Source: Candidatus Falkowbacteria bacterium
GTDB lineage: Bacteria; Patescibacteriota; Patescibacteriia; Patescibacteriales; GWE2-39-37
Length of the DNA stretch: 64,000 nucleotides
Direction of reading: 5' to 3'
NCBI GenBank assembly: GCA_013336275.1
Contig: JAAXUA010000005.1
Span: forward strand, 13,863-77,862
A program made the position numbers and the translations under genes. Position 1 is the first letter of the stretch, and each line of letters starts with the position of its first letter. A model generated the notes under the pieces. That model did not search any database and had not been told where the DNA came from. It was given only the letters and a program-made list of their open reading frames with translations. Positions 15,897-25,132 of the stretch are shown here, one piece after another.

Positions 15897-16937
15897 ATGA
15901 ATACAAAAAGACTAAATGAGATTTTGGCTGATCAGCCGAAATACCGCTGGCAGCAGGCTGAGCGGGCGATTTATGTCGATTTGGTGTCTGAGTGGTCCGA
16001 GGCTACGGTTCTGCCAGCGGCTTTGCGCCAGCAGTTGGCCGAGGAGTGTCCGCTTGCCATCGATGTGGAGGAGTCTGTTTCCGCTGACGGCAGCCAAAAG
16101 GCCCTAATCACATTGGAGGATGATTTGAAGATCGAGACCGTGCTCTTGAAGCACAAGGATGGCCGCCATACGGTCTGCGTCTCCTCGCAGGTCGGCTGCC
16201 CCTTGGGCTGCCTTTTCTGCGCGACCGGCCGCTTGGGTTATAAACGCAATCTGAGTGCTGAAGAGATCGTCGAACAGGTGCTATATTTCGCGCGCCAGCT
16301 CAAGAAGCAAGGCAAGCAGGTCACCAATGTGGTATTCATGGGGATGGGCGAGCCGCTTTTGAATTATGATAACGTCCTGTCGGCGATACGTACTTTGAAC
16401 CGTTTCGACGGCTTCAATCTTGGTGCCCGCCGCATGTCGATCTCGACGGCCGGCATTCCGAAGGGCATCCGGCAGCTTTCGCGCGAAGGTCTTGAAGTCA
16501 ATCTGGCCTTGTCGCTGCACGCGCCTAATAACGAGCTTCGGGGACAGATCATGCCGATCAGCAAAAACTATACCTTGACCCAGGTCATGACCGCCTTGGC
16601 CGAATACATCGAGGCGACCAATCGCCGCGTCATGTTCGAATACGTCATGATCAAGAATATCAATGACGCGCCAGAACACGCCAAGCAGCTGGTCAAACTG
16701 CTGTCCGGCTGGCTGGCCTTCGTCAACCTGATCAATTACAACGAAACCGAATTGTTCTACCCCTCGACCAAGGAACGTATCGATAAGTTCAAGAAGATAC
16801 TTGAAGACGGCCACATCACGGTGGTCCAAAGGCACGGCTTCGGCCAAGGCATCGATGCCGCCTGCGGACAATTGGCCGCTAAAAGGAAAGCGGCCAAGCC
16901 GCAAAAACGAAACAATACCGCCAAAGCCGGCCGCTAG
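15897..16937 (+). CDS. rlmN: 23S rRNA/tRNA adenine-C2 methyltransferase, radical SAM (RlmN/Cfr family)
   Basis: 346 aa; CVSSQVGCPLGCLFCATG radical-SAM cluster, MGMGEPLLN, SLHAPN motifs. Confidence 0.9.
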   Translation: MNTKRLNEILADQPKYRWQQAERAIYVDLVSEWSEATVLPAALRQQLAEECPLAIDVEESVSADGSQKALITLEDDLKIETVLLKHKDGRHTVCVSSQVGCPLGCLFCATGRLGYKRNLSAEEIVEQVLYFARQLKKQGKQVTNVVFMGMGEPLLNYDNVLSAIRTLNRFDGFNLGARRMSISTAGIPKGIRQLSREGLEVNLALSLHAPNNELRGQIMPISKNYTLTQVMTALAEYIEATNRRVMFEYVMIKNINDAPEHAKQLVKLLSGWLAFVNLINYNETELFYPSTKERIDKFKKILEDGHITVVQRHGFGQGIDAACGQLAAKRKAAKPQKRNNTAKAGR

Positions 16938-16954
16938 CCGGCTTTGTTTTTTTT
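16925..16954 (+). terminator. terminator of rlmN
   Basis: AGCCGGC/GCCGGCT hairpin followed by TTTGTTTTTTTT. Confidence 0.65.
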
Positions 16955-17000
16955 GCCGGTTTAGTGATATAATTCTTTTATCTAATAGTAAATAAAAAAA

Positions 17001-17942
17001 ATGAGTTTCAGTTTCTTTGTCATCATTTTGGGCTTGGTCGTCTTCGAAGTCATTTCCAGCATCGACAATGCCATCGTCAATGCCCACGTCCTGAAGACCT
17101 TGCCGGAAAAATATCGCAAGATTTTCCTTGTCTGGGGACTTTTGCTCGCCGTGTTTGTCGTACGCGGCGTCCTGCCATTCCTGATCGTCTGGATGGTCAA
17201 CCCGAGCCTGTCGGTTACCGAGGTCTTCGCCTTCGCCTTCTCCGGCGACCCGCAAATAACGGAGTATGTTGAAAAATCCAAGCCTATCCTGCTTTTGGGC
17301 GGCGGGGTCTATCTGTTTTTAGTCTTTTTGGCCTGGCTTTTCCTGGAAGAGAAGAAATACGCCTTTTTGGTCGAGCATTTCATTCATCGCCGCGGCGCTT
17401 GGTTCTATGCCATCTCCTCTATCGCCTTGACCACCATCACTTGGGTGGCCCTCAAGATCAATCCGATTCTGGCTTTATCCGCTTCGATAGGTGCAACAGC
17501 CTTCTTTATAACTGATGGATTCAAGAAGAATGCCGAAGAGCAGGAGAAGAAACTGCTTATAGATTCCAGCATGAGCGCCTGGTCGAAAATACTTTATTTG
17601 GAAGTTCTGGACGCCTCGTTCTCGATCGATGGCGTAGTCGGCGCTTTTGCCTTTACGGTTTCAGTGCCTTTGATACTGATCGGCAACGGCATTGGCGCAG
17701 TTATCGTCCGGGAATTCACCATCCGCGGCATCGATGTGATTTCCAAATTCGCCTACCTGAAGAACGGCGCCATGTATTCGATCGGTTTCTTGGGCGGCAT
17801 CATGATTTTGGAATCTTTGGGCAAGCATTTCCCGTTCTGGGTCGCGCCTCTGAACACTTTCCTCTTCCTGGGCCTATTTCTGTTCTTGTCCTATCGGGAA
17901 ATCCGGTTGGAAAAACTGGCTGAGCAAAAAGTTACAAACTAA
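17001..17942 (+). CDS. DUF475/TerC-like integral membrane protein
   Basis: 313 aa, multi-pass; duplicated EVISSIDNAIVNA and LDASFSIDGVVGAFA motifs. Confidence 0.7.
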   Translation: MSFSFFVIILGLVVFEVISSIDNAIVNAHVLKTLPEKYRKIFLVWGLLLAVFVVRGVLPFLIVWMVNPSLSVTEVFAFAFSGDPQITEYVEKSKPILLLGGGVYLFLVFLAWLFLEEKKYAFLVEHFIHRRGAWFYAISSIALTTITWVALKINPILALSASIGATAFFITDGFKKNAEEQEKKLLIDSSMSAWSKILYLEVLDASFSIDGVVGAFAFTVSVPLILIGNGIGAVIVREFTIRGIDVISKFAYLKNGAMYSIGFLGGIMILESLGKHFPFWVAPLNTFLFLGLFLFLSYREIRLEKLAEQKVTN

Positions 17943-17953
17943 ATATAGTCATT

Positions 17954-19786
17954 ATGACTTCGATTTTTCAAGGAGAAAGGGCAATCATCCGCATCGTGCT
18001 GATGGCATCAATCATTTTGGCTGGTCTTGGCTGGCAAACCGCGGCACAGGCCCAGGTAGCTTCGACTACCGCCGCATCATCGACCTCGCCAGCCAATTTT
18101 GCGCAGGTAGAGTCCAAGGCCTACGCGGCCACGGTCAAGATCAAGGTTTTCAATCTTAACGAAGATTTCGCCATGACCGAAATCGGTTCCGGTTCCGGCT
18201 TTTTCATTAATTCGACCGGGCTGGTGCTGACCAACTATCATGTGGTCACAAATGAAGATGAGTCATCAGGCATCGACCTTTCGGATCAGCCATTGGGTTA
18301 TCAGGTCTGCGTCACCAAGCAGACCAACCTCGAGCCCGAGTGCAACTATACGGCATCGGTCGTGGCTAAGGATCGGGATCTTGATGTCGCTTTGCTGCAG
18401 GTGAAGCCTACTCCCAAAATGAGCGAAATCACCTCTTTCCCTTATCTTGAAATCAACTCCAGCGATCAGACTTCGATCAATGATACGGTTATCGCTGTCG
18501 GCTATCCCGGCATCGGCAGCGAAACCATTACTATCACCAAGGGCATCGTCTCCGGAAAGACCTCGAAATATGATCGCCAGTGGCTGAAGACTGACGCCAT
18601 GATTTCTTTCGGCAATTCCGGCGGCGCCGCCATCGATAGCGCTGGACGCGTAGTCGGTATCACGACTCAGACGTATTCTGATTTCGTCGGGAGCATCGGC
18701 TACATCATGAGTACCGCGTCGTTCTACGGCTGGCTGCAGTCTCATCAGAACGACAAGCCGAAAGACAATCCGTTGTCGCAACGGGCCGGCGATTTCGCCT
18801 GGAAGTCAAAAATACTCTTAAGCAGCAACAAATATATCAGCTTGGATCCGCCATTCGAATTCTCGAAGCCCAAGGACTGGAAGTTCTTCTATAATGGAGA
18901 AGATGATGTCATGGTGCGCAAAGAAAAGGACCAGGATGGCGGCGCGGTGCGCGTCGTCTGGACCAGGTTGCCGTTCGTCCCATCGATCGCCGATCTGAGC
19001 ATCATTGCCAAGCAGCGATTGGATACGGATTTGCTCGATGTCAATTCCATTAAGGAAGCCGACGTCAAACGGGGCAAAACAGTTATCGGCAGGAAGTTCA
19101 CAGTCAATAGCCGCAGCTACCAAGGCAATAGCACAAGCAATACCTATCTGTTCGCGGCCAGCAATTACGTCGTAACCGTCGATTATAATTATGGCAAGAA
19201 CAACAAGGACAAGGCGGTCGTCGATTCGATTATTAACTCGTTCAATCTGCGCGGCGGCGCCAAACCGTTCCGTCCGTTGGCCAGCTATGATCACCGTTTT
19301 GCCGGTGTGCCGCGCCTGATCATGAAGGCTGGCGGCGATTGGCAGCTTCACGTCCTGAATTCCAAAGATCAGCCAATCCAGTTCTTCAACAAGAAGAACA
19401 AGCTGTATTCCGGAGAAATCTCCTTGCGAAAAATCAATCCTGAAGAAGAAGATATTTCCTTGGCTGCCTTGACTGAGAATAGCAAGAAAGAATTGGAAGA
19501 TGTGGTGCAGATGCTCAAGGTCAGGAGCGACATCCAGCTTATCAGCGAGGTCAAGGGTAATTTCAAGTTCAGCAAGGGGCTTTCGGGCATGGTTCGCCGC
19601 AAGATGATCCTATATAATAAGAAGAGCAGTCTGAAATATTATGTCGGCACGGTCGAATATATCAAGCCTATCGGCAGCGAATACGTCATGACCGCCTCGC
19701 TTAATATCGTCGAGACCGACAAGAAGAAGATCGATAAGATGATCATCGATTTCGAGAAGATGCTCTCTGGCCTGGCAATAAAATAA
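17954..19786 (+). CDS. secreted trypsin-like (S1C/HtrA-like) serine protease with an uncharacterised 330-aa C-terminal region
   Basis: Signal-peptide-like N-terminus; catalytic-triad contexts TNYHVV, DLDVALLQV, GNSGGAAID. Confidence 0.8.
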   Translation: MTSIFQGERAIIRIVLMASIILAGLGWQTAAQAQVASTTAASSTSPANFAQVESKAYAATVKIKVFNLNEDFAMTEIGSGSGFFINSTGLVLTNYHVVTNEDESSGIDLSDQPLGYQVCVTKQTNLEPECNYTASVVAKDRDLDVALLQVKPTPKMSEITSFPYLEINSSDQTSINDTVIAVGYPGIGSETITITKGIVSGKTSKYDRQWLKTDAMISFGNSGGAAIDSAGRVVGITTQTYSDFVGSIGYIMSTASFYGWLQSHQNDKPKDNPLSQRAGDFAWKSKILLSSNKYISLDPPFEFSKPKDWKFFYNGEDDVMVRKEKDQDGGAVRVVWTRLPFVPSIADLSIIAKQRLDTDLLDVNSIKEADVKRGKTVIGRKFTVNSRSYQGNSTSNTYLFAASNYVVTVDYNYGKNNKDKAVVDSIINSFNLRGGAKPFRPLASYDHRFAGVPRLIMKAGGDWQLHVLNSKDQPIQFFNKKNKLYSGEISLRKINPEEEDISLAALTENSKKELEDVVQMLKVRSDIQLISEVKGNFKFSKGLSGMVRRKMILYNKKSSLKYYVGTVEYIKPIGSEYVMTASLNIVETDKKKIDKMIIDFEKMLSGLAIK

Positions 19787-19823
19787 TTTCTCATAAGGGG
19801 CGCGCAAGCGCCCCTTCCTGCAT

Positions 19824-20678
19824 ATGGCAAACAAACCAAACATCGGCGCTCATGTCTCCGCGGCAGGCGGCCTGTATAATGCCTTCATCAATGCTGAGAG
19901 GATCGGCGCCGAATGCGTCCAGATTTTTGGCGGCTCGCCCAAGATGTGGCGAGCCAAACAGCCCGATGAAGCAGTTTTGAAAAAATATTTCGAGGCCCAG
20001 AAGCTGTCGAAAGTCGGCAACGTCTATCTGCACGCCAGCTATCTCGTAAATCTGGGCAGTGATAAGGACGCCAACAGGGAGCAGTCGGTCATGAGCTTGA
20101 TTGACCACTTGGCGATTGCCGACAAACTCAAAGCGCGAGGCCTGATCTTCCATCTCGGCTCCAGCATGTCAGGCACCAAGGAAGAGGCGATGAAATTCAC
20201 TATCGCTGGGATGAAATCGGTTCTCAAGGCCGTACCGGGAGAGTCCTGGCTGATTATGGAGAATTCAGCCGGCGGCGGACACAAGCTCGGGCGCGAGTTC
20301 TCTGAAGTCGGTGATATAATCAAGGCTGTCGGTTCGCCGAGAGTGAAAGTCTGCCTGGACACGGCCCACATCTTCGAAGCAGGCGGCATCGACGAGTATT
20401 CTAAGCCCAAGGTCAAGAAGCTGTTCGATGACTTCGATGAGCATATCGGTTTGGATAATCTGGTCGCCCTGCACATCAATGATTCCAAGACGCCCTTCGA
20501 CTCGCACAATGACCGTCATGAAAACATCGGCGCTGGGCATATCGGCTTGGACGGCTTCAAGAATCTGGCTGCGGACAAACGTCTGCATGGCAAGGATTGG
20601 TTGTTGGAAGTTCCGGGCATGGACAATATGGGCCCGGATAAGGAGAATATGGAAATAATCAGGAAGCTCTTCAGATAA
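19824..20678 (+). CDS. nfo: deoxyribonuclease IV (endonuclease IV)
   Basis: 284 aa; IGAHVSAAGG, HASYLVNL, ENSAGGG, CLDTAHIFEAG, LHINDSK motifs. Confidence 0.9.
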   Translation: MANKPNIGAHVSAAGGLYNAFINAERIGAECVQIFGGSPKMWRAKQPDEAVLKKYFEAQKLSKVGNVYLHASYLVNLGSDKDANREQSVMSLIDHLAIADKLKARGLIFHLGSSMSGTKEEAMKFTIAGMKSVLKAVPGESWLIMENSAGGGHKLGREFSEVGDIIKAVGSPRVKVCLDTAHIFEAGGIDEYSKPKVKKLFDDFDEHIGLDNLVALHINDSKTPFDSHNDRHENIGAGHIGLDGFKNLAADKRLHGKDWLLEVPGMDNMGPDKENMEIIRKLFR

Positions 20679-20684
20679 GATATC

Positions 20685-20713
20685 AAAAAGCCGCCCTTAG
20701 AGGGCGGCTTTTT
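20685..20713. terminator. bidirectional terminator between nfo and the DedA/PAP2 gene
   Basis: GATATCAAAAAGCCGCCC-TTAGA-GGGCGGCTTTTTGATATC, an 18-bp perfect inverted repeat with A/T runs on both sides. Confidence 0.8.
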
Positions 20714-20723
20714 GATATCTTGG

Positions 20724-22862
20724 TTATTTTTGTTCGGGTAGAGTTTTGGCATCGTACTTCACGTAAATCAAGCGGCCATCAGTCTGGAATGTCTTGATCC
20801 GGCTCAGCACCGAGGGCTTGATCCACTCGATGGGTCGGATCTCGGCAACAGGAACAGCGTACTCAAGCTCGGCTCTTAGCCAGTCTCTGGCCGTGTCGAT
20901 GTCGGGTTCGATCTGCTTGCCGAAGAGCCAAAAGTGGCGGGCCGTATCCTGGCTGACAGCGCCGATGAAGACTCGCTGCCCATCGGCATCAGCGATGTTA
21001 GTCTGCCAGAGCCTTAGTTGGAGCCGGGATTGCCTTCTCTTGCCGTCCAAGGGTTTTTCATATGCGATCACATTCGGTTCGCCGCCCCAGAAGCTGGGAT
21101 TTATCGGCGCCTTGCTGTAGTTGATCCGGCGGACCCAGGAGCCGAGCGACTTTTTCAGGGATTTGATGCCTAATTCATCGGCTTTGTACCAGCCAAGGCT
21201 GGCGAAGCTGGAATCGATGGCGCTGGCTGCGGGCGCGATGATCAGGAAGTTCATCGGCTGCTCGATCGTTCCATCGATAGTTTCGCTGAAACGGGGGAAA
21301 GAAGCGTCGGACAACGTCTGGAAGACATCGGCGCTCTTGATCGGCGGCAGCTTTTCGATAGCGCTGAAATTTATGCCGTAAAGATAGGATATGGTGGCGA
21401 TGGTATAGCTGATGATGGCAAGTGAAGCAAGGAAGTAACCGAAGTGCCACATCGGCTTGGCCAGGGGCTTGAAGTATTCGGTCGGACCGGATCGCCGCAG
21501 ATGCCATTCCGCTAAACCGATGCCGACCAGGAGCCACAGCAAGCCCAGAACGAAACCGCCAAGGACGTCGCTCAAGTAATGGACTCCCAGGAATAACCGG
21601 CTGAAGCCGATCAAGAATATCAGGATAAGCCAGCCGAAAGTCAGGTTAACGCGGCGTGACCAGGTCGACCGTCGCCAGGCCCAATACAGCAGGTAGCCGT
21701 AAAATGAGACCGACAGGGCGGCGTGGGCACTGGGGAAAGAGAAGCTGGCTTCTTCATAGACGCCGCCCAGGGGACGTGGGCGTTCAATGGTGATCTTGAT
21801 GATGAAAGAGAACAGTGCAGCGCCGCCGACCGACACCCAGAGTCCGGATAAGAAGCGTTTCTGGTTCAAACGCCACAGGAAAAGCGTCAAAAGCAAAGCG
21901 AAGATTATGATGATGCTGAACTTGGCTAAGACCGTTATGACCAGGAACGTCTCGACCAGGACAGGATGGCGGAAAGCGATCAGCATCGTCTCGAGCCATT
22001 GGTCGATGCGCGTGATCGGGTCAGAGTAGATGACATCTTCGACTAGGCCGCCCAAAAGCAGGGCGGTGTAGCCGCCGATCAGGGCCAGGATGGTCAAGGG
22101 AAACCCGGTGAATCTCTGTCGGGTGAGGCGGCGATGCAGGAAGCTGATGAGCTGGGGGTGTGATATCAAGAATTTTTCCAGACGAGGCCGATGCTGCAAA
22201 CGGTGGTAACGCGACTTGAGCAGGTCGTTAAAGGCCAGCCAGAATTGCTCGCCCTTCCTGATGAAGAGCCACTTGATCAGGTAGAACAGTCCGAAAAGAA
22301 TGGCCGCCACCAGAGTGAAGACTTCAAGACGGTTGAGCCAAATCTTAACCAACCCCAAGGCTTGGCCGAAAAAATAGCCGACCATGATATGGATTATGGT
22401 CCAAGAGATCGCGCTGAGAGCGTCTAGCACAAGAAAGCGTCGGAACGACATTTTGCCTAGGCCGGCGATAAAAGCGGTCATCGGACGGAGGAAGCCGATG
22501 AAGCGTCCGAAAAAGACGCTTTTGTTGCCGTGCTTGTCGAAGAAGGCTTGGCCTTTCTCGAGGTGGGCCTCTTTGAGCAAGCGATTCTCGTCGCTGAACA
22601 TGCCGCCGCCGCGCTGGCCGAGATAATAGCTCAAGCAGTCTCCCAGAACGAAGCCTATGGTCGCGAAGGCGATGATGTCGCCTAAGTGGAAGACGCCTTG
22701 GGCGGTCAAGGCTCCGATCAGGATGGCAACGACCGCACCAGGGATTATCAGCCCGATGAAGACGATCGATTCGGCGAAAAAAATCAGACCGACGATCCAG
22801 TAGCTAAGGTCGCCGATATTCTGTATGAATGAAGAGAATGAGTTGATTAGGTTTTCGATCAT
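20724..22862 (-). CDS. fusion membrane protein: DedA/SNARE-associated domain + PAP2 phosphatase + LssY-like C-terminal domain
   Basis: PAP2 motifs SFPSAHA and SRLFLGVHYLSDVLGG; N-terminal DedA-like TM region. Start uncertain: ATG 22862 or 22874 preferred because ATG 22946 abuts the rpmB terminator. Confidence 0.75.
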   Translation of the reverse strand: MIENLINSFSSFIQNIGDLSYWIVGLIFFAESIVFIGLIIPGAVVAILIGALTAQGVFHLGDIIAFATIGFVLGDCLSYYLGQRGGGMFSDENRLLKEAHLEKGQAFFDKHGNKSVFFGRFIGFLRPMTAFIAGLGKMSFRRFLVLDALSAISWTIIHIMVGYFFGQALGLVKIWLNRLEVFTLVAAILFGLFYLIKWLFIRKGEQFWLAFNDLLKSRYHRLQHRPRLEKFLISHPQLISFLHRRLTRQRFTGFPLTILALIGGYTALLLGGLVEDVIYSDPITRIDQWLETMLIAFRHPVLVETFLVITVLAKFSIIIIFALLLTLFLWRLNQKRFLSGLWVSVGGAALFSFIIKITIERPRPLGGVYEEASFSFPSAHAALSVSFYGYLLYWAWRRSTWSRRVNLTFGWLILIFLIGFSRLFLGVHYLSDVLGGFVLGLLWLLVGIGLAEWHLRRSGPTEYFKPLAKPMWHFGYFLASLAIISYTIATISYLYGINFSAIEKLPPIKSADVFQTLSDASFPRFSETIDGTIEQPMNFLIIAPAASAIDSSFASLGWYKADELGIKSLKKSLGSWVRRINYSKAPINPSFWGGEPNVIAYEKPLDGKRRQSRLQLRLWQTNIADADGQRVFIGAVSQDTARHFWLFGKQIEPDIDTARDWLRAELEYAVPVAEIRPIEWIKPSVLSRIKTFQTDGRLIYVKYDAKTLPEQK

Positions 22863-22946
22863 AATACCATCCATTATACTGCTAATCGGGGGAATAAAAA
22901 AGCCGAAGGTTTTTCGCGTAGCCGGCAATTCATGACCTTCGACCAT

Positions 22947-22971
22947 AAAAAAACCACCCCAACGGGTGGGG
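22947..22971 (-). terminator. terminator of rpmB
   Basis: CCCCACC-CGTT-GGTGGGG hairpin followed by T7 on the minus strand. Confidence 0.75.
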
Positions 22972-22988
22972 CGGTTCGGTAAAACAAT

Positions 22989-23168
22989 CTATTTTGCAGT
23001 GATTTTTGCCAGGGTCCTGATGCAGCTGGTGCAGATTTTCAGCTTTTCGCCGGCAATCTTTTTGCTTTGCAGGTTGATGTGCTGGCGCTTGATTGTCTTG
23101 ATGTTCGAGTGGGATCGGGAAGCGTCCTTGGTAGCGCCGCGTCCGCATGCATCACAACGTTTTGCCAT
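22989..23168 (-). CDS. rpmB: 50S ribosomal protein L28 (59 aa, below track threshold)
   Basis: Own translation MAKRCDACGRGATKDASRSHSNIKTIKRQHINLQSKKIAGEKLKICTSCIRTLAKITAK; SHSN-K-K/R signature of L28. Confidence 0.85.
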   Translation of the reverse strand: MAKRCDACGRGATKDASRSHSNIKTIKRQHINLQSKKIAGEKLKICTSCIRTLAKITAK

Positions 23169-23224
23169 ACTATTTCCTATCTAAAGATTATATTAAACAA
23201 TACACCCTATAATATCACAATCAT

Positions 23225-23253
23225 TTGCTTTTGGCAAGGGTAGTTGGTAGAAT
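23225..23253 (+). promoter_or_regulatory. sigma70-like promoter of the M50 protease gene
   Basis: TTGCTT, 17-nt spacer, TAGAAT. Confidence 0.45.
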
Positions 23254-23289
23254 GAAAGTCTGGATAATTTTTTTGATTAAACCATAATT

Positions 23290-23976
23290 ATGATAATCAC
23301 CCTATTTTTTATAGTCGCCTTGATATTTTCGGCCATCGTCCATGAGTATGCTCATGGCTGGGTGGCTCTGAAATTGGGCGATCATACAGCCGAAGACGCT
23401 GGCCGTCTAACTTTGAACCCGATACCGCATCTTGACCCTGTCGGATCTATTTTATTGCCAATGTTACTTCTTTTAAGTAAAACGGGGTTCTTTATCGCTT
23501 GGGCAAAGCCTGTTCCTTACAACCCCAATAACCTGCGCGACCAGAAATATGGCGACTTGAAGGTGGCCCTAGGTGGTCCGGGCAGCAATCTGGCCTTGGC
23601 CCTGTTTTTCGGCCTTTTGTCTAGGTTTTTGCCTCTGGCACAGCAATTGAAGCTAACTTTAGCCTCTGGAGTCTTGATGAGCGATGGCGATGCGGTATTA
23701 GGCTTGATGCAAGGACAGCCATTGGCCGCCATGTTCGTCATGTCGATCATCCTTTGTTTCGTTAATTTGGCATTGATGATATTCAATTTGATTCCGCTGC
23801 CCCCGCTGGACGGTTCAAAGGTAATCTTGCCTTTCCTGTCTTATCGCAATCAGATGCGCTACCATCAGTTAAGCGCATACGGGTTCCTTATTATATTAGT
23901 CCTTGCTTATCTCGGGGTATTCAGTCTGCTGACAATCCCTTTGACCTTGATTTTTTCCCTTATAACCGGGCTTTAG
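23290..23976 (+). CDS. site-2 protease family (M50) zinc metalloprotease
   Basis: 228 aa, polytopic; HEYAHGW (HExxH) in the first TM region, LIPLPPLDGSK second motif. Confidence 0.85.
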   Translation: MIITLFFIVALIFSAIVHEYAHGWVALKLGDHTAEDAGRLTLNPIPHLDPVGSILLPMLLLLSKTGFFIAWAKPVPYNPNNLRDQKYGDLKVALGGPGSNLALALFFGLLSRFLPLAQQLKLTLASGVLMSDGDAVLGLMQGQPLAAMFVMSIILCFVNLALMIFNLIPLPPLDGSKVILPFLSYRNQMRYHQLSAYGFLIILVLAYLGVFSLLTIPLTLIFSLITGL

Positions 23977-23991
23977 CGCCCATTTCGGCTG

Positions 23992-24020
23992 TTGACACAG
24001 CCTCTTAAAACTGCTACATT
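23992..24020 (+). promoter_or_regulatory. sigma70-like promoter of the str operon
   Basis: TTGACA, 17-nt spacer, TACATT; about 155-nt leader before rpsL. Confidence 0.6.
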
Positions 24021-24179
24021 ATTTAAGCAATAAAAATGCCCCAATTCTTTGGGGGATTTTAGTTTTTCGGAAAGTTGAGTCGTGCTGCACTCGACTGACC
24101 GACCTGACTCATCATCAATCCTGTGGCTAGGCTTGCGGGATGAGCGCTTTTGAAGCTAATATTAGAAATTTTTGTATTT

Positions 24180-24608
24180 ATGCCAACAATCAACCAATTA
24201 GTTCGCAAAGGGCGTATCAAGACCAAGACCAAGAGTAAGAGTCCAGCCCTGCAGTCCACTTTGGACACTCTGCACCGCAAGCGCACCATTCTGCCTGCCG
24301 GTGCCGCTTTCAAGCGCGGTGTTTGCTTGAAGGTTACCACTACCACTCCGAAAAAGCCTAACTCGGCTTTGCGTAAGATCGCTCGTGTCCGCCTGTCTAA
24401 CGGCATGGAAGTCACCTGCTATATTCCCGGCATGGGCCACAACTTGCAGGAGCATTCGGTCGTTCTGATCAAGGGCGGCAAGACCAAGGATCTGCCAGGC
24501 GTCCGCTACAAGATCGTGCGCGGCGTTTATGATACCCAGGGTGTTGCCAACCGCAGACAGTCCCGCTCCAGCTACGGCGCTAAGAAACCTAAGGCGGCCG
24601 CTAAATAA
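24180..24608 (+). CDS. rpsL: 30S ribosomal protein S12
   Basis: [12 protein letters not shown]...; start moved to ATG 24180 (the track ORF begins 30 nt upstream). Confidence 0.95.
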   Translation: MPTINQLVRKGRIKTKTKSKSPALQSTLDTLHRKRTILPAGAAFKRGVCLKVTTTTPKKPNSALRKIARVRLSNGMEVTCYIPGMGHNLQEHSVVLIKGGKTKDLPGVRYKIVRGVYDTQGVANRRQSRSSYGAKKPKAAAK

Positions 24609-24628
24609 TCGCAAGTAATTAGAAATAT

Positions 24629-25096
24629 ATGAGAGGAAAACCAGCACCAAAACGCAAGATCGAAGGCGACATCCGCTATAACGATATCGACATCGCCAAG
24701 TTCATCAACTATATCATGAAGGATGGCAAGAAGACCGTTGCCCAGAAAGTCGTTTACTCCGCTTTTGATATCATCAAGGACAAGACCAACCAGGATCCGC
24801 GCCATGTCTTCAACAAAGCATTGAAGAATGTCGCACCTTTGCTCGAAGTCCGCGGCAAGCGCGTCGGCGGCGCCAACTATCAGGTTCCGCACCAGGTCCG
24901 TGGCGAACGTCGTTTCGTCTTAGCCTATCGTTGGATCATCGCTGCCGCCGCTGCACGCACCGGCAAGCCTATGGGTGAGAAATTGGCCGAAGAGCTGATG
25001 GCCGCCTTCCGCAACGAAGGCACTGCTATCAAGAAGCGCGACGATGTCCACCGCCAGGCCGAATCCAACAAGGCCTTCGCCCATTTTGCGCGCTAA
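24629..25096 (+). CDS. rpsG: 30S ribosomal protein S7
   Basis: 155 aa; GKKTVAQKVVYSAFDII, VEVRGKRVGGANYQVP. Confidence 0.95.
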   Translation: MRGKPAPKRKIEGDIRYNDIDIAKFINYIMKDGKKTVAQKVVYSAFDIIKDKTNQDPRHVFNKALKNVAPLLEVRGKRVGGANYQVPHQVRGERRFVLAYRWIIAAAAARTGKPMGEKLAEELMAAFRNEGTAIKKRDDVHRQAESNKAFAHFAR

Positions 25097-25132
25097 GACT
25101 CGAATTTTCACATTTAATCTTGAACTTATATT

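Noticed and set aside
22863-22946. N-terminal 28 codons of the 740-aa DedA/PAP2 ORF. Analogous 5' extensions occur on the track ORFs for rpsL, tuf, rpsS, pyrF, the LOG-like gene, the DUF62 gene, the response regulator, the DUF1295 gene and the YbaK-like gene.
   Set aside because: The upstream starts abut or overlap terminators, promoters or the inverted repeat and lack SDs. Internal ATGs coincide with conserved protein N-termini or with SD sequences.
23149-23184. ORFs 22930..23148(-) and 22966..23184(+) in the rpmB region
   Set aside because: They are alternative frames of the same DNA that encodes a clear 59-aa L28 (SHSN motif) at 22989..23168.
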